The notes under the pieces were generated by a model. The model made no database searches and was not told where the DNA came from. It worked only from the letters and a program-made list of their open reading frames with translations. 64,000 nucleotides of DNA, taken from NCBI GenBank assembly GCA_951406725.2, contig OX597823.1:61380001-61444000 (forward strand), in the 5' to 3' direction. Positions within the stretch are counted from its first letter, which is position 1. The number at the start of each line of letters is the position of its first letter. Both the position numbers and the translations under genes were made by a program. This document shows positions 52,445 to 64,000 of this stretch, one piece after another. The DNA comes from Octopus vulgaris (lineage: Eukaryota).

Positions 52445-52785
52445 CAACAACAACAATCACAGTAAGCAACACACAGTTAGCTAAAAAAAGAAATCACACA
52501 CACACACGCACACATATGTGCACACGTACGTACACAGATTTCACAAAACAACAACAAAAAGAAATAGAAAGGTAAAAAAAAAGTATGTGAAGTAGAAAAT
52601 ACTAACAACATTAGCAACAATGGCAATACGAATGATCAGGATGATAATATCGGCAATGTCGGGGTGGGGTAGCAGCAATAGGTGGTGGTGGTGGTGGTAA
52701 GAATGATCATGATAAGGATGGTCGTTGTGATGATGATAACAATGCTGCTGCTGATGATTGTGAGGATGAGGACAACGACGACAGC

Positions 52786-52842
<57 letters not shown>

Positions 52843-52927
52843 GATGATGGTGACAATGATGATGGTGACAAGGATGCTGATGGTGATGACGATGATGGGG
52901 AAGATGATAAGTGATAATGCTGTTGAT

Positions 52928-52958
<31 letters not shown>

Positions 52959-53356
52959 ATGAGAATGATAGCAATAATGTCGATGGTGATGACGGCAACA
53001 AGGACAATGACGACGACCACCACCACTACCACCGTGATGATGATGATGATAATGATGTTGATGATGATGATGATGATAAAAGCTATTCTTTTGTCCTTGT
53101 TCTTGTTATCTGTGGTTGTAGTTGTTGTTGTTCTTACTGTTGTTGTCATTGCTATTATTACACAGATATTGGTACTAGGCAGTATGGTAGTTCTTTCTCC
53201 CACACCATTGCAGCAGCTCTGCCACTTAAGTGTCCAATGTGGTCTTTAAGACTGAAGTAAATAAAGACTTTAGATTATTGCTTGAACATTACTGACATTG
53301 TCAAATGTTATATTTATGCACACACACACACACAGACACACATACACACAAATGTA

Positions 53357-53393
<37 letters not shown>

Positions 53394-53650
53394 GTTATAT
53401 TTCGGAATGGTCATATATATATATGTGTGTGTACATGTGTGTGTATATAATTTTATATATATATAAAATTATATATATATATATATGCATGTATGTATAT
53501 ACATTCTTAATTACATATATATGCATCATATTTATATGGATATTTATGTGCGTGTATGTGTGTGTGTGTGTGCATGTACCTATAGATATAGGCATACACA
53601 TGTATACATATAAATATATATACGTATATATATACATGTCTATCTATCTA

Positions 53651-53692
<42 letters not shown>

Positions 53693-54041
53693 TGTGTATG
53701 TGTATAGGTGTATATATATATGGCTATATTCACACATACATATGTATATATGTGAAGATACATCTATAGGTAGATAGATAGATAGACAGACAGACAGATA
53801 GCTAGCTAAATAGACAGACACACATACATATCCTTACAAAACTGTAAGTATGTGTTTTTGTATTTATCTCTTTATGTATACAAATATATTGTGTGTATAT
53901 GCATATTATGTATGTATGTGTGTGTGTATGCATGTATTGGTGTGTTTGTATATGTATTTATATATATGCAAACACAAATGTATATATGCATATATGAATA
54001 GAGAGAGAGTTTTTTTTTTTTTAGTTTGGTTACTTTTTTTT

Positions 54042-54075
<34 letters not shown>

Positions 54076-54358
54076 GTTTAACATCCGTTCTCCATGCTAG
54101 CATGGGTTGGACGGTAGTGGTTAAGAATGGGCAGCAATTTATCCATGGCAGAATTTAGCCAAACATGCCATCAGACATGACAAGTGTGACGTTTATATAT
54201 CTATAGAGTGAATTGTATTTTCGTAATGTAAATAGACATTCTTCACCTTTCAAACTATGTGTACAAAAAAAAAAACACACACACACACACGTGTATGTGT
54301 TTATGTGTGTGTGTGTGTTTGCATGCGTGTATGTGTGTGCTTGTGCAGACATATATAG

Positions 54359-54398
<40 letters not shown>

Positions 54399-54482
54399 CA
54401 TATACATGCATATATGCATATATACATGTATATATCTGTCTATCAATTTCTGTCTCTCTGAGTCTCATTACATATATACATC

Positions 54483-54574
<92 letters not shown>

Positions 54575-55330
54575 CACATACATATATATATGCATATATG
54601 CATATATATACATATATGTGTGTGCATACATGGATGTGTGTGTGTGTGTGTGTACATAGATTCAGTCATATGAATTAGAAGCTGTTGTTCTTTAAAAAGT
54701 GTCATATTTTAAAAAAAATCTCTGACTGCAAAGTGTTTTTAGGAATAGTCTTCAAATATTCTTCTTCTTTCTTTTTTCTTTCCTGAAGATTATGGATTTC
54801 TATTTTCTATTTTTAACCATCATACTAACACTAGAAACAAAAATTGTCCTATGTGTCCACATTTCAAGTGTGCCATGCCAATTCCAAAGACAAGATTTGT
54901 TCTTAAAATTTATTTCTGATTTCCTTGAGACATTTCATATTTCAGAATACATACTTACTATAAATCATGTTCAGTGTTGTTTCATGTCATCTTTCACCTG
55001 AATATTTGATGTAATAGGTGTGATAAACATTAAGTTCCAACATTAATTATTAAATTCATTGGTGGGTGTTAGATAAGTCTCAGCAGACTTAAAATTGAAT
55101 AGATGTAACTCAGATTTTACTTTCAAAATAACCTGGAAATATTTATTTCATATAAAGAGAGTAAAAACAAAAGAAAAAGACATATTAATTTAGTTGGAAA
55201 TAAGATTTTCTTCTTAAACTGCTATATAATATTAAGATATTACTTTTATATGTATTTATGCATATATATGTGTAAGAGCACATCTATCTATCTATCTGTC
55301 TATCTCTCTATAGCTATATCAATATCTATA

Positions 55331-55375
<45 letters not shown>

Positions 55376-55446
55376 CTTATTTGTCTCACCCTCACACACT
55401 CTCTCTCTCTGTCTCTCTATCTCCATATATATATATATATATATAT

Positions 55447-55490
<44 letters not shown>

Positions 55491-55576
55491 ATAGATAGAC
55501 AGACACACACATACACACACACACTGACACACACGCACGCACACAAACACACACACACACTCACACACACATTTCA

Positions 55577-55910
55577 ATTCTTTTATTGCTTTACTTGTTT
55601 CAATCATTTGACTGCAGCCGTGCTGGAGCACTACCTTTAGTCAAGCAAGTCAATCCTATGACTTATTCTTTGTAAGCCTAGTACTTATTCTAGTGGTCTC
55701 TTTTGCTGAACCACCAAGTTACGGGGTTACACACACACACACACACACATATATACGATGAGCTTCTTTCAGTTTCTGTCTACCAAATCCACTCACAAAA
55801 ATTTGGTCAGCCCAAGGCTATAGTAAAAGACACTTGCCCAAGGTGCCACGCATCAGTACTGAACCCAGAACCTTGTAGTTGGGAAGCAAACTTCTTACCA
55901 CACAGCCATT
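55577..55910 (-). mobile_element. SINE family A copy
   Basis: Collinear with 4599-5015. Confidence 0.88.
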
Positions 55911-55989
55911 CCATCATCATCATCATCATCATCACCATCGTTATCGTCATTGTAATGTTTAATTTTCCATGCCTACCCGAGTCCACAGA

Positions 55990-56588
55990 TGCATAAACAC
56001 ACACACGAATACACTCAAGCACAACCTTCAAATGTTGGGCCTCATGGAGGAGATGACAAGTGACTGAGACCTTTGGAGATATGCTGTGCTTGAGAAGACC
56101 TAACAAGCCAAGTGAGAGCGTAACTGTGACATATGCCAGTGCAGCATAACTAGCCAATTTAAGAGTGCTCTTCAATCATTGGAGAATAAACTGCATTTGC
56201 AAAGACCTGTTGAGGCAAGTGAAGTCTTTTTCATGGCCGATGAGAGTACCACCTGATTGGCATCCAAACCGGTGGCATGTAAAAATCACCATTTGAGCGT
56301 GGTCGATGCCAGTGCTGGCTGACTGGTCCTGAGCCGGTGGCATACAAAAAGCACCTTTCAAGCCTGGTCATTGCCAGTACTGCCTGACTGGCCCTCATTG
56401 GTGGCATGTAAAAAGCACCCACTACGCTCTCAGAGTGGTTGGTGTTAGGAAGGGCATCAAGCTGTAGAAACCTTGCCAGATGAGATTGGAACCTGGTGCT
56501 GCCTTCTGGCTTGCCAGCCCTCAGTCAAACTGTCCAACCCATGCCACCATGGAAAACTGACATTAAACGGCATTGATGATGATGATGA

Positions 56589-56627
<39 letters not shown>

Positions 56628-57413
56628 TATATCCATATATTAGTTAGTTGTTCATAAGTTCGAGAAAAGCACAATTTTTTTTTAGCAGTAATGTTTAATG
56701 TAGTCATTGATTATGGCCAATTAGAACGCTACCACTGCAAAGGTAAAATTTCTGCCCAGCATGTTTGCCCAGCATGTCTGGTAAATTGCCACAAAGATAA
56801 TAGATATGAAACCAATGACTACTTTCTGACTGGCCATAACCAATGTCTCCATTAGACATACATATATATACATGCCGTGCTTGACAAGACTCATCAAGCC
56901 AAGTGAAATCACAATCATGCCCAATGCCAGTGTTATGTGACTTGCACTCAGGCTCGTGGCATGTAAAAAGCACCCTTGATACAGTGGATGACATGCTGTG
57001 CTTGAGAAGACCAGTCAAGCCAAGTGAAATCATAGTCATAGCTGATGCCAGTGGCATGTAATCGGCACCCATGCCAGTGACATGCTGAAAGCACCCTTAG
57101 AATTTCGGATCTCACAGAGGTTAGTGACAAGTGATTGAGACCTTTGGCAATACACCATGCTTGAGATGACCTGTCAAGCCAAGTGAGATTGCAATCATGG
57201 CCAATGCTAGCGTTTTGCAATTGGCACCTGTGCCAGTGACATGTAAAAAGCATGCACTACATTCTTGGAATGGTTGGCATTAGGAAGGGCATCCAGCTGT
57301 AGAAACCATGCCAAATCAGACTGAAACCTGGTGCAGCTCTCCAGTTTACCAGTTTTTAGTCAAACCGTCCAACCCATGCCAGCATGGAAAACGGACGTTA
57401 AATGATGATGATG
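55990..57413 (+). mobile_element. Two composite RTE 3'-end-derived elements (55990-56592 and 56870-57413)
   Basis: Repeated TGCTTGAGAAGACC..CAAGCCAAGTGA and GGCATGTAAAAAGCACC modules; shared tail GTCCAACCCATGCCAGCATGGAAA..(GAT)n, also at the end of the RTE at 60333-61230. Confidence 0.7.
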
Positions 57414-58781
57414 TTGGTCTTTTATCTTTTATCTTTTACTGGTTTCAGCCAGAGGCTGAGGCTTTGGTGGCACACTGCCTTTCAGCGTGCTTGATTGATT
57501 GGGTTTCTTTTCTGTATTATTTCTGTTGAAGTAGTGAGACAGACAGAGCCGCTCTTCTTTGTGCCTTTTGCCATAATGTGAATTCATCTGGCATCTCAGG
57601 TAAAAATTTATCCAGACATTCTTTGAAGACATCTACCTCTACATTTACTCCTCACAAATCTCTGAGGCTGTTTGGCAGTATATTCAATAGATATGGACTG
57701 GGTCCTTATTCTATGTGGTTGGAATAGCTTCCAATTTGAAATTTAGGAGCTCGACCTAGGATCTTCCATATGTATATCACTACATATCTTTCGCACCTTT
57801 CAAGGGAGTAGAGCTTCTGTTCCTTTAGCCTCTTCTGAAAGTTCATTTGTTTCATGAATCAGTTTGTTTTGCGTATAGGCATTAACCTAGTCAAAGCTAC
57901 CAAAACAAATTCAATGGTGAAGTAACATAGCAAAAATATTGATGTGAAAAATGAAAACACATTTAATGTAAGCAAGGGACCCCCTTCATTAGCAGCTAAT
58001 TGGCTATCAATGTGATTTTGAAACCTCAAGACAGGATAATTACTTTAAAAGGTGTTGAATAGGCTTAGAAAATATAACCTGATGCTGATGGAAAAATGCA
58101 AACAAAAGCTTAAACTCAGTCTACAAAATGGCTTATGTATAAATCTTAGATACAACATACTTTATAAAATAATCATATAAAAATTAGTTACTAATAAATA
58201 CAGGAATACATAAAACACATGCAATGACAAATCTCATAACTTGTAAACATAAATATATAAAATAACAAAAAAAGAAAACTACAAATAAATGATAATCAAT
58301 AAATCAATTTGCATAAATTAATCCAACCCATGGAAAACTGGATGATGATGGTGGTGCTACTGGTGGTGGTGGTGGTGGTTGTGGTGGTTATTATTATTAT
58401 TATTATCATTATTATTATAATTATTTTATCATCATCATCACCATCATTATCATTATTATATAAATAATTAAATGCTAATTTCCGATGGTGTCAAACAGTC
58501 ATAGAAAATATAGTGTAATGCTTTTTGAAATATAGAAACTAAAACGCTTGTGTCCTGACCACAAAGCACGGACATATAAATCTTAAATGTAATATATAAT
58601 ATATGAAATAACACAAATGAATAACAACTACCAAATCAACTCGTATAAATTATTATATACTAATAAATAAAACATATGAAATATAGTATAACAAACTCAT
58701 AACTCATAAACACTAACATTTAAGACAAAAATAGCTGAAACACACAGATAAATAATTACAAAGGAATTAACATATATGAAC

Positions 58782-58847
<66 letters not shown>

Positions 58848-59174
58848 ATATATATATATATTTATAAGTAAGTACTACTACATGAAAACAATGAGGAAAT
58901 AGAAATGATGAAATTGTTATAAACATACCTTGATTTATAAAAAGGATGAGATATTAAAGCATTATAATGAAAGGAAAGAAGCCAGATGTTTATCAGTAAC
59001 AATCTTCATCTCTCAGACTCCGTTGAGCTTATATGTATGAAGACATACGCACACACACACACATACATACACATCTATAAATACATGATCATGTCTGTCT
59101 GTGTGTGTGTGTGTGTGTTTGCATACATGTGAGTGAGTGTATATTTGCATATATATATATATATATATGTGTGT

Positions 59175-59258
<84 letters not shown>

Positions 59259-59571
59259 TCGAACACAGGCACACACATGCACACATTTACATACATAAAT
59301 ATATATATATATAATAACATGCATGCACAAACACACATGTATATATATAATTGATGAAGGCATTGCTTATAGCCACAAGCATGGCTGCATGTATGAGAAG
59401 GTTATTTCCTGAATAAGCTATTATAGGTGAAACTTGAAGACCTGTTCAGCAGAATATATATATATAATAAATTTCATTCTAACAAGTGAATCCTTTCAGC
59501 CATAAATGTTTGTTTTGTAGCTGCTTTCACCTCTATAAGTTAAAACCTTAACATTAACACCAATTTCTGTG

Positions 59572-59603
<32 letters not shown>

Positions 59604-59609
59604 TGTATG

Positions 59610-59661
<52 letters not shown>

Positions 59662-59679
59662 AAGCTAGCTAGCTATCTG

Positions 59680-59793
<114 letters not shown>

Positions 59794-60265
59794 CATCCAT
59801 CATTATCATCATCGTTTAACATCTATCTTCAATACTGGCATGCGTAGGACGGTTCCACAAGAGCTGGCCAAGCCGAAGCCTGCACCAGAAATTTGTGACT
59901 ATTTTGGCAGGATTTTTACAGCTGGATGCCCTTTCAAGCACCAACCACTCAGCAAAGTAGACTTAATGTTTTTTTACATGGCACATGCACAGGTGAGATG
60001 AGTAGTGCTTTTTTATGTGGCACAAGCACAAGCGAGGTCAGACACACAAACACACATCTAAAACTTGGAGTCTTATTATAGCAACCGAATAACTGTAACA
60101 TATTATATTACAGATATATATATATATATATATATATATCTATATATATATATATATATATATGTGGTCAAATCTTATAATCAAGCATTAAAAATAGCAA
60201 TATCAAAGCAACAAGATGACGTGTACATAGGATGCATTAGTTTGACACTCAGTAAAGGGAGAGAG

Positions 60266-60301
60266 CTTTTGGTGTTCAAGCATAGCTATTCATCAGAAAA
60301 G
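60266..60301 (-). ncRNA. Degenerate minimal HHR remnant
   Basis: CTTTT-CTGATGA-AT-AGC tat GCT-T-GAAC-ACC-AAAAG; GAAA and the cleavage triplet are damaged. Confidence 0.4.
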
Positions 60302-60332
60302 AAAATAGAAGAGTCCAGAGGAGGAAAAGGTG

Positions 60333-61230
60333 CAGGTACAATAAGCACTAAAAATGTGCAGACAATAGACTCCCTCAAATGTTTCGCTGGTAGTGGTGGT
60401 GGGGGGTCATTAAAAGTAGTAGATAGCTTCTGTTACCTAGGAGACCGAGTTAGCAGTGGAGGAGGAAATTATGAAAGTGTAATTGCTAGAATAAGAGCGA
60501 GCTGGGCAAAGTTTACAGGCCTATGATTTTTGGTAACTAAGAGTAGATAGTATGTGCCTGTGTATAGACATGCAGTGAAACATGGGCTTTAACTACAGAG
60601 GACTTGTGAAGGCTTGAAAAAATTGATGAGTAATGTCAGTGGATGAGTAATGGATGAGTAATGTCAGTGTGCATGCACAACACAGTGTAAATGATTTTAG
60701 AGGAAAACTGGGTAAAAGAGGCATCAGATGGTGTGTGCAATAGAGAAGATTGTGCTGGTTTTGTCATAAGATGAGGACAGCTGCATAAAGAAGTGCCAAG
60801 CTCTGTGTAGGTTATTTGTGGAAGGAGTAGACCCAAGAAGACATGGAATGAAGTAGTGAGAAAGGATCTTCGGACTCTGGGCCTCACAAAGGAAATGACA
60901 AGGGACCAAGTGATGTGGCAATTTGCTGTACCTGATAAGACACATCAAGCAAAGTAAAACCACTGTCTTCCACACATACAAGATTGTCCTTTCAGGTGCT
61001 GCTGCCACTTAAAAAGCACCCATGCTGGTGGCACGTAAAGAGCATCCAGCACACTATGTTTAGTGGTTGTCAATAAGATGAGTATCCAGCTGTAGAAATC
61101 ATGCCACAACAGACAACTGGAGTTTGGACAGCCCCCTGCTAGCCAGCTCCATGTCAAACCATCCAACCCATGCCAGCATGGAAAACAGATATTAAACAAC
61201 AATGAGGATGATGATAATGATGATGATGAT
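60333..61230 (+). pseudogene. Degenerate RTE-clade LINE 3' part
   Basis: LKVVDSFCYLGDRVSSGGG...IARIRASWAKF, RPKKTWNEVVRKDL; (GAT)n tail. Confidence 0.85.
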
Positions 61231-61396
61231 ATATATATATACATATATATATATATTTATAAGTAAGGGCAAAAGAAAAAATTTCTAATGCCAAAATATG
61301 CCGAAAATAGACACAATGCCAATAACCATGTAATTTATCACTACAAGCATGCGTCTCGAAGAAGGCTGACAGAAATTTCTAAAATATCCCGTTGTT

Positions 61397-61453
61397 ACCA
61401 TATCGGACCCGATTTCAGAGTTGGTTCATAAGAACCTTCCCTTCATCAGTGAT
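61397..61453 (-). ncRNA. Type I HHR within a (TA)n-anchored element (61262-61478)
   Basis: ATCA-CTGATGA-AGGG aa GGTTC ttat GAACC aa CTCT-GAAA-TCGG gt CCGA-TA-TGGT, AUA triplet; short inverted end at 61445-61477. Confidence 0.82.
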
Positions 61454-61744
61454 GATTTCATGAAAATCATCACTGATATAAAAAATATTTATATACCAAA
61501 CTTTGCATATAAATACTTAGAAAAAAATACACATCAAACTGGAATTTCTCTATTATATGTGAATACTGAAAAGTATATATAAAGCTGCTATTTCTATAAT
61601 ATACATAGAGAAATATATGTAACAAGCTTTTATTTTGACAACATACATATTTATGGCTGCAAAATAAACTTCTTAACACATCAGCCACACTGTATCAACC
61701 TACACATATATATGTATATATATATATGCATGTATTTATGTATG

Positions 61745-61799
<55 letters not shown>

Positions 61800-61802
<3 letters not shown>

Positions 61803-62158
61803 ATTTTTATAATTATGAGTATAATTATAATTAGGGTTCAGCAAAAATTTGCTTCACCACAAACCGAAATATAGAAATAGCAGTTAAAACTAACTATTTC
61901 TCTACCATAAGAAAATCTCCCAGAAAATGTTGTCTGGGAGATTTTCATATGGTAGAGAAATAGCTAGTTTTAACTGTTATTTCTAAATTTTGGTATGTAG
62001 CGAAGCAAATTTTTGCTGAACTCTAATTATAATTATACTCGTAATTATAAAAATTCTTGTTTAAGTTTACCGATAATGATTCTTTTAACAAACCTAACTA
62101 CTTGGTAAAATTATTAATTATTAATTGATTAATTAATTTTACCCTTTATTATTATTGA
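61800..62158. mobile_element. Fold-back element in (TA)n: ~125-bp inverted arms plus ~100-bp extension
   Basis: 61800-61924 is an imperfect reverse complement of 61933-62057. Confidence 0.8.
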
Positions 62159-62168
62159 TATATATATA

Positions 62169-62455
62169 TACAGGGTGCAGGGAATAAATTTGTCGTCGAA
62201 ATTACGCAAATATGAAAATAATACTGGCATCTCATTTTAACAGATATATTTACCAAAATTACTAAAGAGTATATTTATTCAATAAAATCGCCATTGGCTT
62301 CAACCACAGCATCCAGACAACTTCGGAATTTCCTGTAACTCTTCTGGATGGTCTCCTTGTTTAAGTTGGTGAATGCTGCCATAATCCTTGCCTTTGGTTC
62401 ATCTTTGGTGTTACAAGGAGTTTTGTTGGTCTCTCACTCAACTGCACCCCACACA
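62169..62455 (-). mobile_element. Tc1/mariner-superfamily terminal fragment
   Basis: TA-CAGGGTG terminus; minus strand VWGAVE*ETNKTPCNTKDEPKARIMAAF...FRSCLDAVVEANGDFIE*. Confidence 0.8.
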
Positions 62456-64000
62456 AGGATGGAAAAAAAACCCCAGAGAAATGTTACACAAATATAAATG
62501 CAATTAACAGGACATAACAACAGGTGTGTTTCGACAAAGGACGAATTAAATTAAGCTGGCATGTGTGGAAGTAAAGTCTTGCAGCAGGGACATAAGATTC
62601 AACAAGCACAGGAAGGAATATAGATGTTGCACAGATGGTAGTCGAACCAAGAAAGAAAGGTCAAGCCTGGCCGAACACCAGTCACATGAGGAGAGAAGAG
62701 AGAGAGGTAGAGGCAGAGGGATAGAAGAATTAAGGAGGAGAGAGAAAAAATGAAAGAGACACAGTGAAGTGAAAGTGAACATGAAGAGAAGGCCAGGAAA
62801 TGTGAGAGAGGGGGAACGAAAGAACGAAGAGTGGAATGAATGAAGTGTGAAAGGGCTGATAGAAAGAAGGAAAGAATAGAAAGAATAATAGAGTCATACA
62901 AAATTTAGATATAAAACAGAATGTTTGTCGGTCTGTCTTTTTATCTGTCTATCTCTCTGCCTGTCTGTCAGTATGTGTGCATCATTAAAACTTGAGAACT
63001 ACCAAACCGATTTCATTGAAATTTTGCACATGCCTTACTTAGGGTCCATGTCAGTATCATGAGGCCCCAAAAATTTTCAACTTCTTGCTTAATGCGAGCC
63101 TGGAGCAATCTCTTATCTTTTACACAATTTCAGTCTTACATGTCAAAAGTGAAACAATAACATCTCTATTGTAATATGAGATAGTACATTAAAGGTAGAA
63201 CTATACACATATATACATGCATACACACACACACACATATATATTATGTATCTATGTGTGTGTGTGTATATATATATATATCTATCCATATATATATGTG
63301 TGTATATACATCTGCACAAATATATGTATGTATATATATATATATATGTCTTCGATAGGAGAGTCCATCATCCTGAAAATTCATGCTCATCTTTGAAATC
63401 AAATGAAGTATGCAATTAGCATATTAGGACAATTGTCATGAAAGAGTTAAGGCGTGGTAAAGACAAAACTGACAAGATAACCACTAAAAGTCATCACTTA
63501 CATATTTCTTCCTTGATATATATTATTTTTATATATGTCGCTCAAAACTTATTAAGAAAATGAGAATAAAAAATGCAAAACAAATTAGATATTTTCTAGA
63601 CATATATTTCTGCAGGCTGAACTATCTGCTGCTTTCTATAGCATTTTTCAAATGTGTATAGATATATATATATAACAAATGACATTTATTAGCACTAAAC
63701 TGATAGGAAGGGACTGATTTTGTCTCTCCTTGGAAATTTAATGCTTTCTCATTAGACATCTAATAATTTATTTTAATCTGCGAAAGAATTGTCAACAAAT
63801 TCTGCAGAAATCTTTCTCTCTCTCTACATATACAAGTAAGCGGAACATGTAGAAATGGATTCCTGCCTGAAATGTCAGACCAGAAATCTACTTCAGTTGC
63901 AGATTGTGTCTGCAATTTAATTTTCTCTGTTCCACTTCTTTTCTCTTTCTTTCTTTCTCTTTTCTTTCTTTCTCTCTTTTTTCTTTTTTTTTTCTTTTCT

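Noticed and set aside
52541-53260. Poly-His and poly-Met ORFs
   Set aside because: They arise from a (GAT/CAT)n microsatellite mosaic that is open in several frames.
59409-59445. CTGAATA...GAAACTTGAAG motif
   Set aside because: There is no 3-8 pair, no U at 16.1 and no stem I.

Overview
This is an AT-rich animal (metazoan) window dominated by microsatellites: (TA)n, (CA)n, (TAA)n, (TATC)n and (GA)n. The SINE families and repeat load suggest an octopus or other coleoid cephalopod (inference). I recognise no host protein-coding exon, and nearly all ORFs in the track are microsatellite translations. Real coding remnants are all transposon-derived: a young 5'-truncated R4/Dong-type RT + restriction-like-endonuclease LINE and three older relatives, all in (TAA)n tracts; RTE-clade LINE pieces; a Penelope-like (PLE) RT pseudogene; and mariner/Tc1 remnants. 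The main hidden signal is about 20 type I hammerhead ribozyme (HHR) motifs, folded by hand and partly degenerate, from about 10 short element families. Almost all sit in (TA)n tracts with PLE-like tandem or inverted architecture. They include two homologous ~360-bp retrozyme-like monomers that are rod-like and predicted to yield circular RNA. One of these is fused directly to the PLE RT fragment. Across families the HHR cores show natural C3-G8, U3-A8 and G3-C8 covariation and palindromic stem III regions suited to dimeric cleavage.
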